A stretch of 64,000 nucleotides of DNA from Pseudomonadota bacterium (GTDB lineage: Bacteria; Pseudomonadota; Gammaproteobacteria; Burkholderiales; Burkholderiaceae_C). Positions 9,441 through 21,185 of the stretch are shown here, in pieces (positions within the stretch are counted from its first letter, which is position 1; the number at the start of each line of letters is the position of its first letter). The DNA is taken from positions 3,271-67,270 of the forward strand of contig CAUJIM010000093.1 in assembly GCA_963205335.1 (NCBI GenBank). The letters run 5' to 3'. A program made the translations under genes and the position numbers. The notes below the pieces were generated by a model, which was not told the origin of the DNA, did no database searches, and saw only the letters and a program-made list of their open reading frames with translations.

Positions 9441-10634
9441 TCAGCGCTTGTTGCGGACCGGGATCTGCATCTCTTCGGGCTTGATCTCGTGCACCAGCTC
9501 GGGCACGCCCCAGGCGAAGGCCGGATCGTCCTTGATGCGGAAGTGGTACATGCTCTGCATCGCCTGGTGGTCTTCCTTGCGGAAGGTCATCACGCCCTTG
9601 GGCGTCTCGAAGCTCATGCCTTCCATGGTCTTGATGAGCTTGTTGGTATTGGTGTCGCCGCCCGTCTTCCTGAGCGCGGTGGCCACCGCCATCGCGGCGG
9701 AGAAGCCCCCGGCGGTGAAGAAGTCCGGCGGCGTCTTGAACTGCTTGTAGTGCATCGCCACCAGCGCGTCGTTCACCGGGTTCTTCGGGATGCCGAAGTA
9801 GTAGTAGGTGGCGCCCTCCATGCCGGGGAAGGCCTTGTAGCTGGCCATGGCGGGCAGGATGTTGCCGCCGGTGAACACCTCGATGCCGTAGCGCTTCCTC
9901 AGGTCCTGCGCGGCCAGGGCGTTGAACGGCGGCGTGCCGCCGGCCCAGATCACCTCGATGGCCTTGCGGCCGGGCTTGTCCTTGAGCGCGTCGATCAGGC
10001 GCTGGATGCCGGCGGTGAAGTCGGTCGTGGTCTGCGGCAGGTATTCCTCGTGCACGATCTTCGCGTGCTTGAGCGCGTCCTTGAACGCCTTCACGCCGTC
10101 GCGGCCGAAGGCGTAGTCCTGCGCCAGCGTGGCCACCGAGACGCCGTCCTTGTCCATCGCCACGGCGTTGCTGATCGCGTCCTGGCTGGAGTTGCGGCCG
10201 GTGCGGAAGATGTACTTGTTCCACTTGTCGCCGGTGATCGAGTCGGCCACGGCCGGCTCCACCAGCAGGATCTTCTTGTACTCCTCGGCCACCGGCAGCA
10301 TCGCCAGCGCCACGCCGGAGGAGGTGGGGCCGATGGCCAGGTCCACCTTGTCGTCGGCGTAGGCGGCGGCCAGCAGGCTCTTGCCCAGGTCGGGCTTGCC
10401 CTGGTCGTCCTTCTCGATCACGACGATCTTGCGGCCGTCGATCGCCATGCTGCCCTGGGTGGCGTACTGCAGGCCCATCATCAGGCCGGTCTGGGTCTGC
10501 TTGCCGTAGGCCTCCAGCGGCCCGGTCTTGCTGTAGACGTGGGCGATGCGGATTTCCTTGGACTGGCCGAGGGCCGGCAGGCTGACGGCGGCGGCGGAAA
10601 GAGCGGCCAATGCGACCAGAGAGCGACGTTGCAT
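9441..10634 (-). CDS. LIV-type ABC transporter periplasmic solute-binding protein
   Basis: Signal peptide MQRRSLV...ALG, KTGPLEAYG, DDQGKPD, YIFRTGRNSSQD; GGAG upstream. Confidence 0.92.
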   Translation of the reverse strand: MQRRSLVALAALSAAAVSLPALGQSKEIRIAHVYSKTGPLEAYGKQTQTGLMMGLQYATQGSMAIDGRKIVVIEKDDQGKPDLGKSLLAAAYADDKVDLAIGPTSSGVALAMLPVAEEYKKILLVEPAVADSITGDKWNKYIFRTGRNSSQDAISNAVAMDKDGVSVATLAQDYAFGRDGVKAFKDALKHAKIVHEEYLPQTTTDFTAGIQRLIDALKDKPGRKAIEVIWAGGTPPFNALAAQDLRKRYGIEVFTGGNILPAMASYKAFPGMEGATYYYFGIPKNPVNDALVAMHYKQFKTPPDFFTAGGFSAAMAVATALRKTGGDTNTNKLIKTMEGMSFETPKGVMTFRKEDHQAMQSMYHFRIKDDPAFAWGVPELVHEIKPEEMQIPVRNKR

Positions 10635-10665
10635 GAGAGGTCTCCTGATTAGATGCACCAAGTAC

Positions 10666-10681
10666 AGCACAAGGCGTGCCA
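10666..10681 (-). promoter_or_regulatory. Sigma-54 (-24/-12) promoter of ABC operon 1
   Basis: Minus strand TGGCACGCCTTGTGCT = GG-N10-GC, 31 nt upstream of the ATG, next to a sigma-54 activator gene. Confidence 0.8.
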
Positions 10682-10743
10682 GCCGGCCGGCCCGGCAAAA
10701 CAGCCTTCCTCCTCCTGGAATGCCTAATTTAAATACAAGTAAT

Positions 10744-10771
10744 TGTCTTGTTTTCAGTCACATGACTGAAA

Positions 10772-10779
<8 letters not shown>
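10744..10779. promoter_or_regulatory. Probable upstream activator sequence for the sigma-54 activator
   Basis: 17-2-17 inverted repeat TGTCTTGTTTTCAGTCA-ca-TGACTGAAATCAGGACA (2 mismatches). Confidence 0.6.
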
Positions 10780-12265
<1,486 letters not shown>

Positions 12266-12294
12266 GGACCGATGGTAGCGCCGCGCCTGGCGCG

Positions 12295-13845
12295 TCAGCC
12301 CCCCGCGTCCACGCGCTTCTCCAGCTCGTGCCGCATGATCTTGCCGGTGGTGCTGCGCGGCAGGAACTCGTCAGGCACGAAGTGCACCTCCCGGGGCACC
12401 TTGTAGCCCGCGATGCGCGCGCGGCACAGCGCGGCGAGCGCCTCGGCGGTGAGCGACTCGTCCTTGCGCACCACGTAAGCCACGGGTACCTCGCCCCAGC
12501 GGGCGTCGGGCCGGCGGATCACCACCGCATCGGCCACGCGCGGCTCGGCGAGCAGCACGCGCTCGATCTCGGCGGGGTAGATGTTCTCGCCGCCCGACTT
12601 GATCAGGTACTTGCGCCGGTCGACGAACGACAGCGAGCCGTCGGGGTTGCGCACGAACACGTCGCCCATGTGGAACCACCCGCCGCGAAAATCCTCGGCA
12701 TTGGCCCCGGGGTTGTTCCAGTAGCCCGAGAACAGCGTGGGCGCGCGGATCGCCAGCTCCCCCGGCTCGCCGTCGGGCACTTCGTTGTCGTCCAGGTCGA
12801 CGAGCCTGATGCGGCAGAAGCTGCTCTGGCGCTTGTCGAGGCCCGCCGGCACCTCGCCCACCGCGATGGCGTGGCGCGTGGCCGGCGGCAGGCCGGTCTC
12901 GGTCGAGCCGAAGGTATTGAGGTAGGGCGCGCCCACCAGCCGCGTGACCTCGGCGATCTGCTCGCGCGGCACCAGGTCGGCCATCACGCCGACCCAGCGC
13001 ATGCCCGCCACCGGCCGGCCCGTGGCGCGTACGGCGTCGAGGAAGGGCTGGATCATGCCCGGCATGAGGGTGAAGCGGCCGAGCCGCTCGCGCACCGCGA
13101 TCGCGGCGAGCTCGTCGGCCCGGAAGCCGTCGGTCACGATCACCTTGCCGCCCTGGATCAGCGTCATGTAGACCGTGTCGGTCGAGACCATGTGGAACAG
13201 CGGCGCCCAGGCGGCGAAGTGCTCGTCGCGCGTGTTCGGCAGGTCAATCATCTGGTTCTGCGCACGGGCGATCTCGGCGCGCTGGCTGATCAGCGCGCCC
13301 TTGGGCAGGCCGGTGGTGCCGCTGGTGTAGAGGATGACGACGCCGTCCTCCGGGTCGCACGCGTCCGGCACGGGCGCGGCGCTGGCGCCGGCGAGCGCCG
13401 CCTCGTACTCGGGGCCGAAGAGCAGGCGCGGCGCCACGTCGGCATGGTGCGCGGCGGTGTCGGCGTGGCGCGGCGAGGCCAGGATCAGCCGCGGCGTGAC
13501 CAGCGCCAGGCAGTGGCGCAGCTCCTGCTCCGCCAGGCGCCAGTTCTGGCAGGCGGCGATCACGCCCATCTTGGCCGCGGCGACCAGCACCTCGACGTAC
13601 TCGATGCGGTTCTCCGACAGCACGGCGACGCGGTCGCCGCGCCGCACGCCGCGCGCGGCGAGGTGGTGGCACAGCCGGTTGGTGCGCGCGTCGAGCTCGG
13701 CATAGGTGAGCCGCCGATCGCCCTGCTCCAGCGCCACGCGCGACGGCCCGGTGCGCACGCACAGCGCGAACAGGGAGCCCAGCGTCAGGCCCGACGCCTG
13801 GCGGGCCAACGCAAAATCCATTGGCGATTCATGCTCGCTCGGCAT
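12295..13845 (-). CDS. AMP-binding acyl-CoA synthetase
   Basis: YTSGTTGLPKG, FGSTE, GWFHMGD, KSGGENIYPAEIE, LPRSTTGK; GGAGG upstream of ATG 13845. Confidence 0.9.
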   Translation of the reverse strand: MPSEHESPMDFALARQASGLTLGSLFALCVRTGPSRVALEQGDRRLTYAELDARTNRLCHHLAARGVRRGDRVAVLSENRIEYVEVLVAAAKMGVIAACQNWRLAEQELRHCLALVTPRLILASPRHADTAAHHADVAPRLLFGPEYEAALAGASAAPVPDACDPEDGVVILYTSGTTGLPKGALISQRAEIARAQNQMIDLPNTRDEHFAAWAPLFHMVSTDTVYMTLIQGGKVIVTDGFRADELAAIAVRERLGRFTLMPGMIQPFLDAVRATGRPVAGMRWVGVMADLVPREQIAEVTRLVGAPYLNTFGSTETGLPPATRHAIAVGEVPAGLDKRQSSFCRIRLVDLDDNEVPDGEPGELAIRAPTLFSGYWNNPGANAEDFRGGWFHMGDVFVRNPDGSLSFVDRRKYLIKSGGENIYPAEIERVLLAEPRVADAVVIRRPDARWGEVPVAYVVRKDESLTAEALAALCRARIAGYKVPREVHFVPDEFLPRSTTGKIMRHELEKRVDAGG

Positions 13846-13923
13846 GCCACCTCCCGGCACAAGGAATACGGGCGCCCATCATGCGGCAAACGGTGGCGGG
13901 GCGCACCACCGCACCGCCTTGCA

Positions 13924-13987
13924 TTTGAGGGTGTTTTTGGCGTCTAGCCCTTTCTGAGCAAGCGCTGGCAGCTCTGTTTTCGATAGA
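13924..13987. repeat. Dispersed element copy E4
   Basis: tttgagggtgtttttggc...GCCCTTT-ctgag-CAAGCGC at 13947-13965, GCT-N11-AGA at 13971-13987. Confidence 0.8.
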
Positions 13988-13999
13988 ACCAGCAGGCCC

Positions 14000-14428
14000 T
14001 CAGGCAGGCACGCCGATGATGACGCTGGACGCCTTGAACAGGGCCGCGGCCTGCTGGCCCGCCGCCAGGCCCAGGGCATCGGCGCTCTCGTTGGTGATGA
14101 TGGCCACCACCGCGCCGCCGCCCGGCAGGCCGATGACCACTTCGGTATTGACGGCGCCCTTCTGCACGCGGCCGACCGTGCCCTGCAGGTGGTTGCGCGC
14201 CGAGAACCGCAGGCCCTGGCCCTGCGCCACGACGATGACCGAGGAGGCCTTGATCAGCGCGCAGGCCTGCACGCCCGGCTTCAGGCCGAGGTGGACGGTG
14301 CTGGCGTGCGTGACGATGGCCGTGATCGTGCCCACGCCGGGGACGTCGAGCGACACCTCGTCGTTGACCGCGCCCGCCGCGACCTGGCTGACCCTGCCCG
14401 CGAACTGGTTGCGCGCACTGGTTTTCAT
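14000..14428 (-). CDS. Tandem TOBE/Mop molybdate-binding protein (ModG-like di-mop)
   Basis: Two repeats each with SARN...G.V, IT..S...LGL, KASSVI; no ModE HTH. Confidence 0.9.
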   Translation of the reverse strand: MKTSARNQFAGRVSQVAAGAVNDEVSLDVPGVGTITAIVTHASTVHLGLKPGVQACALIKASSVIVVAQGQGLRFSARNHLQGTVGRVQKGAVNTEVVIGLPGGGAVVAIITNESADALGLAAGQQAAALFKASSVIIGVPA

Positions 14429-14543
14429 GGGAGTCTTCCTTTCCGCGAAACCGGCGCCCGGCCATGCTCGTCCCATACCAGCACGCCCACGGCGCCGAGA
14501 ATCCTCCGATTGTGCAACCCGCGCGGGCACCCCGCGGCAGCCG

Positions 14544-16343
14544 TCAGTTCGCCGCGGGCAGCGCGTTGCGCAGGCGGATGTGCAGCTCGCGCAGCTGCTT
14601 CTCGTCTACCGGGCTCGGCGCCTGCGTCAGCAGGTCCTGCGCGCGCTGGGTCTTGGGGAAGGCGATCACGTCGCGGATCGACTCGGCGCCGGTCATCAGC
14701 GTGATCAGCCGGTCCAGGCCGAAGGCCAGGCCGCCGTGCGGCGGCGCGCCGTACTGCAGCGCATCGAGCAGGTAGCCGAACTTGGCGCGTGCCTCCTCGG
14801 GGCCGATCTTGAGCGCGGAGAACACCTTGCTCTGCACGTCGGCGCGGTGGATCCGCACCGAGCCGCCGCCCAGCTCCCAGCCGTTGAGCACCATGTCGTA
14901 GGCCTTGGCCAGGCACTTGCCGGGGTCGGTGTCCATCAGGTCCTCGTGGCCGTCCTTCGGGCTGGTGAAGGGGTGGTGCACGGCGGCCCAGCGGTCTTCT
15001 TCCTCGTCGCGCTCGAACATCGGGAAGTCGACCACCCACAGCGGCGCCCAGCGGTCTTCGAACAGGCCGTGCTTCCTGCCGAACTCGCTCAGGCCGATCT
15101 TCAGGCGCAGCGCGCCGATGGAGTCGTTGACGACCTTGGCCTTGTCGGCGCCGAAGAAGATCGCGTCGCCGTCCTGCGCGCCGGTGCGCTCGAGGATCTT
15201 GGCAATGGCCGCGTCGTGGATGTTCTTGACGATGGGCGACTGCAGCCCCTCGCGGCCCTTGGCCACATCATTGACCTTGATCCAGGCCAGGCCCTTGGCG
15301 CCGTAGATCTTGACGAACTCGGTGTAGCCGTCGATCTCGCCGCGCGAGATCTGCGCGCCGCCGGGCACGCGCAGCGCCACCACGCGCCCGCCCGGCGTGG
15401 TGGCCGGGCCGGAGAAGACCTTGAAGTCCACGTCCTTCACCACGTCGGTGAGCTCGGTGAATTCGAGCTTGACGCGCAGGTCGGGCTTGTCCGAGCCGAA
15501 GCGGTGCATGGCCTCGGCGTAGGGCATGACCGGGAACTCGCCCAGGTCGACCTGGAGCTGCTTCTGGAAGACCTCCTGGATCATGCGCTGGAAGATGCCG
15601 CGGATTTCCTCTTCGCCGAGGAACGAGGTCTCGCAGTCGATCTGCGTGAACTCGGGCTGGCGGTCGGCGCGCAGGTCTTCGTCGCGGAAGCACTTGGTGA
15701 TCTGGTAGTAGCGGTCGTAGCCGGCCACCATCAGCATCTGCTTGTAGAGCTGGGGCGACTGCGGCAGCGCGTAGAACTGGCCGTCGTGCACGCGGCTGGG
15801 CACCAGGTAGTCGCGCGCGCCCTCGGGCGTGCTCTTGCCCAGCATGGGCGTCTCGATGTCGATGAAGCCTTCCTGGTCGAGGAAGTTGCGCACCTGGATG
15901 GCCGTGCGGTAGCGCAGCATCATGTTGCGCTGCATGGCCGGGCGGCGCAGGTCCATCACGCGGTGCGTCAGGCGCGTGGTCTCCGACAAGTTGTCGTCGT
16001 CCATCTGGAACGGCGGCGTGACCGAGGGGTTGAGCACGTCGAGCTCTTGGCACAGCACCTCGATCTGGCCGCTCTTGAGCTTGTCGTTGGTCGTGCCCTC
16101 GGGGCGCGCGCGCACCAGGCCCTTGACCTGGATGCAGAACTCGTTGCGCAGGCCCTCGGCGGTCCTGAACATCCCGGGGCGGTCCGGGTCGCACACCACC
16201 TGCACGTAGCCTTCGCGGTCGCGCAGGTCGATGAAGATCACGCCGCCATGGTCACGGCGGCGGTTCACCCAGCCGCACAGGGTGACGGTTTGGCCCATCA
16301 GGGCCTCGGTCACGAGACCGCAGTAGTGGGAACGCATGGCCAT
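14544..16343 (-). CDS. aspS: Aspartyl-tRNA synthetase (probably non-discriminating)
   Basis: [64 protein letters not shown]. Confidence 0.98.
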   Translation of the reverse strand: MAMRSHYCGLVTEALMGQTVTLCGWVNRRRDHGGVIFIDLRDREGYVQVVCDPDRPGMFRTAEGLRNEFCIQVKGLVRARPEGTTNDKLKSGQIEVLCQELDVLNPSVTPPFQMDDDNLSETTRLTHRVMDLRRPAMQRNMMLRYRTAIQVRNFLDQEGFIDIETPMLGKSTPEGARDYLVPSRVHDGQFYALPQSPQLYKQMLMVAGYDRYYQITKCFRDEDLRADRQPEFTQIDCETSFLGEEEIRGIFQRMIQEVFQKQLQVDLGEFPVMPYAEAMHRFGSDKPDLRVKLEFTELTDVVKDVDFKVFSGPATTPGGRVVALRVPGGAQISRGEIDGYTEFVKIYGAKGLAWIKVNDVAKGREGLQSPIVKNIHDAAIAKILERTGAQDGDAIFFGADKAKVVNDSIGALRLKIGLSEFGRKHGLFEDRWAPLWVVDFPMFERDEEEDRWAAVHHPFTSPKDGHEDLMDTDPGKCLAKAYDMVLNGWELGGGSVRIHRADVQSKVFSALKIGPEEARAKFGYLLDALQYGAPPHGGLAFGLDRLITLMTGAESIRDVIAFPKTQRAQDLLTQAPSPVDEKQLRELHIRLRNALPAAN

Positions 16344-16396
16344 GGTGTTTTTTCTTCCTGCGCCCCACGCGGGGCGCTGTCGAGGCAATTGGAGGC

Positions 16397-17020
16397 TCAG
16401 CTTTCGCTGGCCAGCGCGACGGGGTCGGGCGGCGCGACGACGCCCATCGAGACGATGTAGCGCAGCGCGGCATCGATGCCCATTTCCAGCTCGATGCAAT
16501 CGCTCTTGCGCATCAGCACGAAGTAGCCGCTCGTCGGGTTGGGCGTGGTCGGCACGTAGACGCTGACGAACTCGTCGCGCAGATAGCCCGCCACCTCGCC
16601 GCTGGGCGCGCCGGTGATGAAGGCCACGGTCCACATGCCTTCGTGCGGCCACTGCACCAGCACCGCCTGGCGAAACGCGTTGCCGGTGTCGGAAAACAGG
16701 GTGTCCGAGACCTGCTTCACGCTGGAATAGATGGAGCGCACCACCGGGATGCGGCCGACCAGCGCGTCGCCCATCGCCATCAGGCGGCGCCCGGCGAAGT
16801 TGCGCGCCAGCGCGCCGACGACGAGCAGCACGACCAGGGTGAGCACCACGCCGAAGCCCGGCAGGTGGAAGCCCAGCAGCCTGTCGGGCTGCCACGCCTC
16901 GGGCAGGATGGCCAGCGTCTGGTCCAGCGCGCCCACCACCCACGACAGCACCCAGGCCGTGATCACGACCGGCACCATCACCAGCAGGCCGCTGAACAGC
17001 CATTTGCGCAATGCAACCAT
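16397..17020 (-). CDS. DUF502 membrane protein
   Basis: [26 protein letters not shown]; typical position upstream of aspS. Confidence 0.9.
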   Translation of the reverse strand: MVALRKWLFSGLLVMVPVVITAWVLSWVVGALDQTLAILPEAWQPDRLLGFHLPGFGVVLTLVVLLVVGALARNFAGRRLMAMGDALVGRIPVVRSIYSSVKQVSDTLFSDTGNAFRQAVLVQWPHEGMWTVAFITGAPSGEVAGYLRDEFVSVYVPTTPNPTSGYFVLMRKSDCIELEMGIDAALRYIVSMGVVAPPDPVALASES

Positions 17021-17033
17021 CAGAACGCCTGCC

Positions 17034-17348
17034 TCATGCCTCTGAAGTGGCCGGAGCGCTTACCGCGCCAGCGCCGGGCGCTTCTGTTTTGGTAGCTTCC
17101 GGCGCCGGGCCGGCAGCGGCGCCGCTCCCGGTCTTGCCGGCTGCCTCGGCCGGTGCGCCGGTCTTGCGGCCGCTGAAGTCGGTGGCGTACCAGCCCGTGC
17201 CCTTGAGCTGGAAGCCCGCCGCCGTGAGCTGCTTGGAAAACGTCTGTGCCCCGCAAGCGGGGCACAGCGCGAGCGGTGCGTCGGACATCTTCTGCAACAC
17301 GTCCCTGGCGTGGCCGCAGGAGCTGCAGCGATAGGCGTAGATGGGCAT
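17034..17348 (-). CDS. FmdB-family zinc-ribbon protein
   Basis: MPIYAYRCSSCGH...CPACG...FQLKGTGWYATDF; perfect TATAAT on minus strand at 17388-17383. Confidence 0.92.
   Translation of the reverse strand: MPIYAYRCSSCGHARDVLQKMSDAPLALCPACGAQTFSKQLTAAGFQLKGTGWYATDFSGRKTGAPAEAAGKTGSGAAAGPAPEATKTEAPGAGAVSAPATSEA
17080..17140. repeat. Degenerate intragenic element copy in the fmdB tail
   Basis: GCT-tctgttttggt-AGC at 17080-17096, ttccg, GCGC at 17102-17105; second half poorly conserved. Confidence 0.5.
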
Positions 17349-17472
17349 CTGGATCGGCAGGCAAAATTTCGCGAAGCCTGTGATTATAGGGAGCCGCTCC
17401 GGGTGCCGCCCCGCGGATGCCCGCACGCGGAGCCGCGCCTTCGCGCACCGGGGAACAGGGCGCGAGGCCGCA

Positions 17473-18927
17473 TCAGCCCTGCAGCGGCACGGTCTCGTAG
17501 TGGTGGGTGCGGCCCTTCTGGTCGGCAAGGAACTGCGGCAGCAGCGAGCCGCCGATCATCCCGGCGAACGCCGCGATCAGCCCCGCGAGCTGCTGCGGAA
17601 AGGCCTGGTTGAGCACGGGGCTGGCGACGAACCAGAGCCACACGCCCACGCCCATCACCACCGCCAGCAGCGCGCCCTGCGTGGTCGCGCGCTTCCAGTA
17701 CACGCCCATCAGCAGCGGCACGAAAGCCCCCACCAGCGGCACCTGGTAGGCGCCGGAGACCAGCTCGTAGATCGACGAGCCCTCCATCGTGATCGAGTAG
17801 ACCAGCACGCAGAAGGTGAACACCAGCACGCTCACGCGCATCGCCTTGAGCGTTTCCTCGTCGCTCATGCCGGGCTTGAGGTTGCGCAGGATGTTCTCGA
17901 CGAAGGTGGTGGACGGCGCCAGCAGCGTGGCCGAGGCGGTGGACATGATGGCCGAGAGCAGCGCGCCGAAGAACGCCACCTGCAGCGCCACCGGCATGTG
18001 CGTCATCACCAGCGTCGGCAGCACCTTCTGCGGATCGTCCTCCAGCAGACCGGCGGTGCCCGGCAGCACCAGCAGCGCCGCCATCACGACGAACATCGGC
18101 ACGAAGGCGAACGCGATGTACAGCAGGCCCCCGATCACCGGGCCGTTCTGGGCGGTGTTGCTGCTGTTGGACGACATCACGCGCTGGAACACGTCCTGCT
18201 GCGGGATCGAGCCGAGCATCATGGTGATCGCGGCGGCAAGGAAGAAGGTCCACTCCTTCGCGCCGCCCGTGGGCAGGAAGCGCAGCTTGCCTTCGCCCGC
18301 GGCATACGCCACCACGCGGCCCGCGCCCCCCGCGATGTCCGCCGCGTACCAGGCGATCGCCAGCAGCCCGGCGACGATCACGATCATCTGCACGAAATCC
18401 GTCAGCGCGACCGACCACATGCCGCCGTACAGGGTATAGACGAGCACGATGAGCGTGCCGATCACCATGCCCCAGGACAGGGTGATCGCGCCATCGCTCA
18501 GGATGTTGAACACCAGCCCGAGCGCGGTGATCTGCGCGCCGACCCAGCCCAGGTAGCTCAGAATGATGATGAGCGAGCACAGCACCTCCACCACCCGGCC
18601 GAAGCGGCGGCGGTAGTAGTCGCCGATGGTGATGATGTTCATCGCGTAGAGCTTGCGCGCGAAGAACAGGCCCACCAGCACCAGGCACAGGCCGGCGCCG
18701 AACGGGTCTTCCACCGTGCCGTGCAGCCCCTCCTTGACGAACTGCGCCGGAGCGCCCAGCACGGTCTCGGAGCCGAACCAGGTGGCGAAGGTGGTGGCGA
18801 CGACCACCGCCAGCGGCAGGCTGCGCCCCGCCACCGCGTAGTCCGCGGTGTTGTGCACGCGCCGCGCGGCCAGCAGGCCGATGGCGATCGACGCCACCAG
18901 GTACAGGACGATGAAGGTCACCAGCAT
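17473..18927 (-). CDS. Sodium:solute symporter family protein
   Basis: DYAVAGRSLP, FATWFGSETVLG, GGMWSVALTDF.Q, PQQDVFQR, SAIMSTAS. Confidence 0.92.
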   Translation of the reverse strand: MLVTFIVLYLVASIAIGLLAARRVHNTADYAVAGRSLPLAVVVATTFATWFGSETVLGAPAQFVKEGLHGTVEDPFGAGLCLVLVGLFFARKLYAMNIITIGDYYRRRFGRVVEVLCSLIIILSYLGWVGAQITALGLVFNILSDGAITLSWGMVIGTLIVLVYTLYGGMWSVALTDFVQMIVIVAGLLAIAWYAADIAGGAGRVVAYAAGEGKLRFLPTGGAKEWTFFLAAAITMMLGSIPQQDVFQRVMSSNSSNTAQNGPVIGGLLYIAFAFVPMFVVMAALLVLPGTAGLLEDDPQKVLPTLVMTHMPVALQVAFFGALLSAIMSTASATLLAPSTTFVENILRNLKPGMSDEETLKAMRVSVLVFTFCVLVYSITMEGSSIYELVSGAYQVPLVGAFVPLLMGVYWKRATTQGALLAVVMGVGVWLWFVASPVLNQAFPQQLAGLIAAFAGMIGGSLLPQFLADQKGRTHHYETVPLQG

Positions 18928-19022
18928 ATGGCCGCTCCGCTCAGGGGGTCAAAGAAAGGCGACGCGCATTATCTGGGCAAGCGGGCCCGGCACCGGCACG
19001 CCCGCGCGGCGATGCGCGGTAT

Positions 19023-20588
19023 TTACAACACCCCGATGCGGAGGATGACCTGCACCACGATCAGCCCGAGCACGAAACCCAGCCCCGAGTACAGCAGGCC
19101 CTGCAGCAGGCGGTTGGTGCGCTTCTGCTCGGCCAGCAGCTGCTTGAGCTCCTGCGGCTCGCCGCGCGGAACCTGGTTCAGGTAGCCGTGCAGCAGCCGC
19201 GGCAGCTCCGGCAGCATCTTGGCGTAGTGCGGCGCCTCGGCGCGCAGCTCGCGCCACAGGCGCCGGGGGCCGACCTGGTCGAGCATCCACTTTTCAAGGA
19301 AGGGCTTGGCCGTGCTCCACAGGTCCAGCTCGGGGTCGAGCTGGCGCCCCAGCCCCTCGATGTTGAGCAGCGTCTTCTGCAGCAGCACCAGCTGCGGCTG
19401 GATTTCCACCTGGAAGCGCCGCGAGGTCTGGAACAGCCGCAGCAGCACCATGCCGAGCGAGATTTCCTTGAGCGGCCGGTCGAAGTACGGCTCGCAGACC
19501 GCGCGGATCGCGCCCTCGAGCTCGTTCACACGCGTGCCCCGCGGCACCCAGCCGCTTTCGATGTGCAGCTCGGCCACGCGCTTGTAGTCGCGCCGGAAGA
19601 ACGCGGTGAAGTTCTGCGCCAGGTACTCCTTGTCCACCGCCGTGAGCGAGCCGACGATGCCGAAATCGAGCGAGATGTAGCGCCCGAAGGTGCCGGGCTC
19701 GGTGCTGACCATGATGTTGCCCGGGTGCATGTCGGCGTGAAAGAAGCCGTCGCGAAACACCTGGGTGAAGAAGATCGTGACGCCGTCGCGCGCCAGCCTG
19801 GGGATGTCCACCCCAGCCTCGCGCAGGGTCTCGACCTGGCTGATCGGCACGCCCCGCATGCGCTCCATCACCAGCACGTCGCTGTGGCAGAAATCCCAGA
19901 ACACCTCGGGGATCAGCACCAGGTTGAGCCCCGCCATGTTGCGCCGCAGCTGCGCGGCGTTGGCGGCCTCGCGCACCAGGTCGAGCTCGTCGTGCAGGTA
20001 GTTGTCGAACTCACGCACCACCTCGCGCGGCTTCAGGCGCCGGCCGTCGGCCGAGAGGCGGCTGACCCAACCCGCCGCCATGCGCATCAGCGCCAGGTCT
20101 TTCTCGATGGCGTCGAGCATGCCCGGGCGCAGCACCTTGACGGCCACGTCGCGCTCGCGCCCCTCGCGGTCGCGCAGCACCGCGAAGTGCACCTGCGCGA
20201 TCGAGGCGCTGGCCACCGGCGTGCGGTCGAACGAGACGAAGATTTCGTCGAGCGGCTTGCGGAACGAGCGCTCTATCGTCGCGATCGCGACGGCGGAATC
20301 GAACGGCGGCACGCGGTCCTGCAGCAGCGCTAGCTCGTCGGCGATATCGGGCGGCATCAGGTCGCGCCGGGTCGACAGCACCTGGCCGAACTTGACGAAG
20401 ATCGGTCCCAGCTGCTCCAGCGCCTCGCGCAGGCGCTGGCCGCGCGGTGCGTCGAGCCGCCGCCCCACGGTCACGAGGCGCGCGAGCAGGCGCAACCCGG
20501 GGCGCGAAGAGCCCGAGAGCACCAGCTCGTCCAGCCCGTGGCGCAGTGCCACCCAGACGATGGTGACCCCCCGCAGGAAACGCTTCAT
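19023..20588 (-). CDS. ubiB: Ubiquinone biosynthesis ATPase/kinase-like protein
   Basis: [44 protein letters not shown]. Confidence 0.97.
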   Translation of the reverse strand: MKRFLRGVTIVWVALRHGLDELVLSGSSRPGLRLLARLVTVGRRLDAPRGQRLREALEQLGPIFVKFGQVLSTRRDLMPPDIADELALLQDRVPPFDSAVAIATIERSFRKPLDEIFVSFDRTPVASASIAQVHFAVLRDREGRERDVAVKVLRPGMLDAIEKDLALMRMAAGWVSRLSADGRRLKPREVVREFDNYLHDELDLVREAANAAQLRRNMAGLNLVLIPEVFWDFCHSDVLVMERMRGVPISQVETLREAGVDIPRLARDGVTIFFTQVFRDGFFHADMHPGNIMVSTEPGTFGRYISLDFGIVGSLTAVDKEYLAQNFTAFFRRDYKRVAELHIESGWVPRGTRVNELEGAIRAVCEPYFDRPLKEISLGMVLLRLFQTSRRFQVEIQPQLVLLQKTLLNIEGLGRQLDPELDLWSTAKPFLEKWMLDQVGPRRLWRELRAEAPHYAKMLPELPRLLHGYLNQVPRGEPQELKQLLAEQKRTNRLLQGLLYSGLGFVLGLIVVQVILRIGVL

Positions 20589-21136
20589 GGCGCCGCGTCG
20601 CCGCCAGCCACCGGCGCCGCTGCAGGACGCCGTCCCGCGACGAAGCCGCGCAGCGCCAGCAGCACCCGCCGCGCCGCGGCCGCCACGGCATGCGCCGGAA
20701 CGTCTCCCACGAGCCGCGCCAGGTCGTCCTCGACGTCCCAGCGCACGTTCTCGGCCAGCCAGTGGATGTCACTGGCGAGCTCCACGTCGCCCTCGATGCG
20801 CACGGCCGGCTTGCGGCCCTGCAGCGCGTCCCGCGCCAGCGCCAGCGCGGAGCCCTGCATCAGTTCCACCCGCAGATCGGCCTGCCTCCCCGGCGCGGCC
20901 AGATCGAGCAATCCGGCGGGGGTGGCCGTCAACGCCACATGAAAGCCGCGCCACTGCACGCGCGCCACGCGCCCGGCCTGGCGCGCCAGGCGGTCCATCG
21001 CCTGCGGTTCCTGCGTCAGCACGTGGTTGAGCAGCAGCACGAGGCGGTGCTGCATGCCATGCACCAGCCAGACGGGCGGCTCGGGCAGGCGCTCCAGAAG
21101 GCCGTGGGCGAAAGAAAAAGGGGACCGATGCATCAT
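20585..21136 (-). CDS. ubiJ: Ubiquinone biosynthesis accessory factor (SCP2 domain)
   Basis: [31 protein letters not shown]; 4-nt overlap with ubiB. Confidence 0.85.
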   Translation of the reverse strand: MMHRSPFSFAHGLLERLPEPPVWLVHGMQHRLVLLLNHVLTQEPQAMDRLARQAGRVARVQWRGFHVALTATPAGLLDLAAPGRQADLRVELMQGSALALARDALQGRKPAVRIEGDVELASDIHWLAENVRWDVEDDLARLVGDVPAHAVAAAARRVLLALRGFVAGRRPAAAPVAGGDAAP

Positions 21137-21185
21137 GGTCCCCGATTATTCCCCGAATGCGGGCCGGGCCCGCGGCCGGCGAGTT

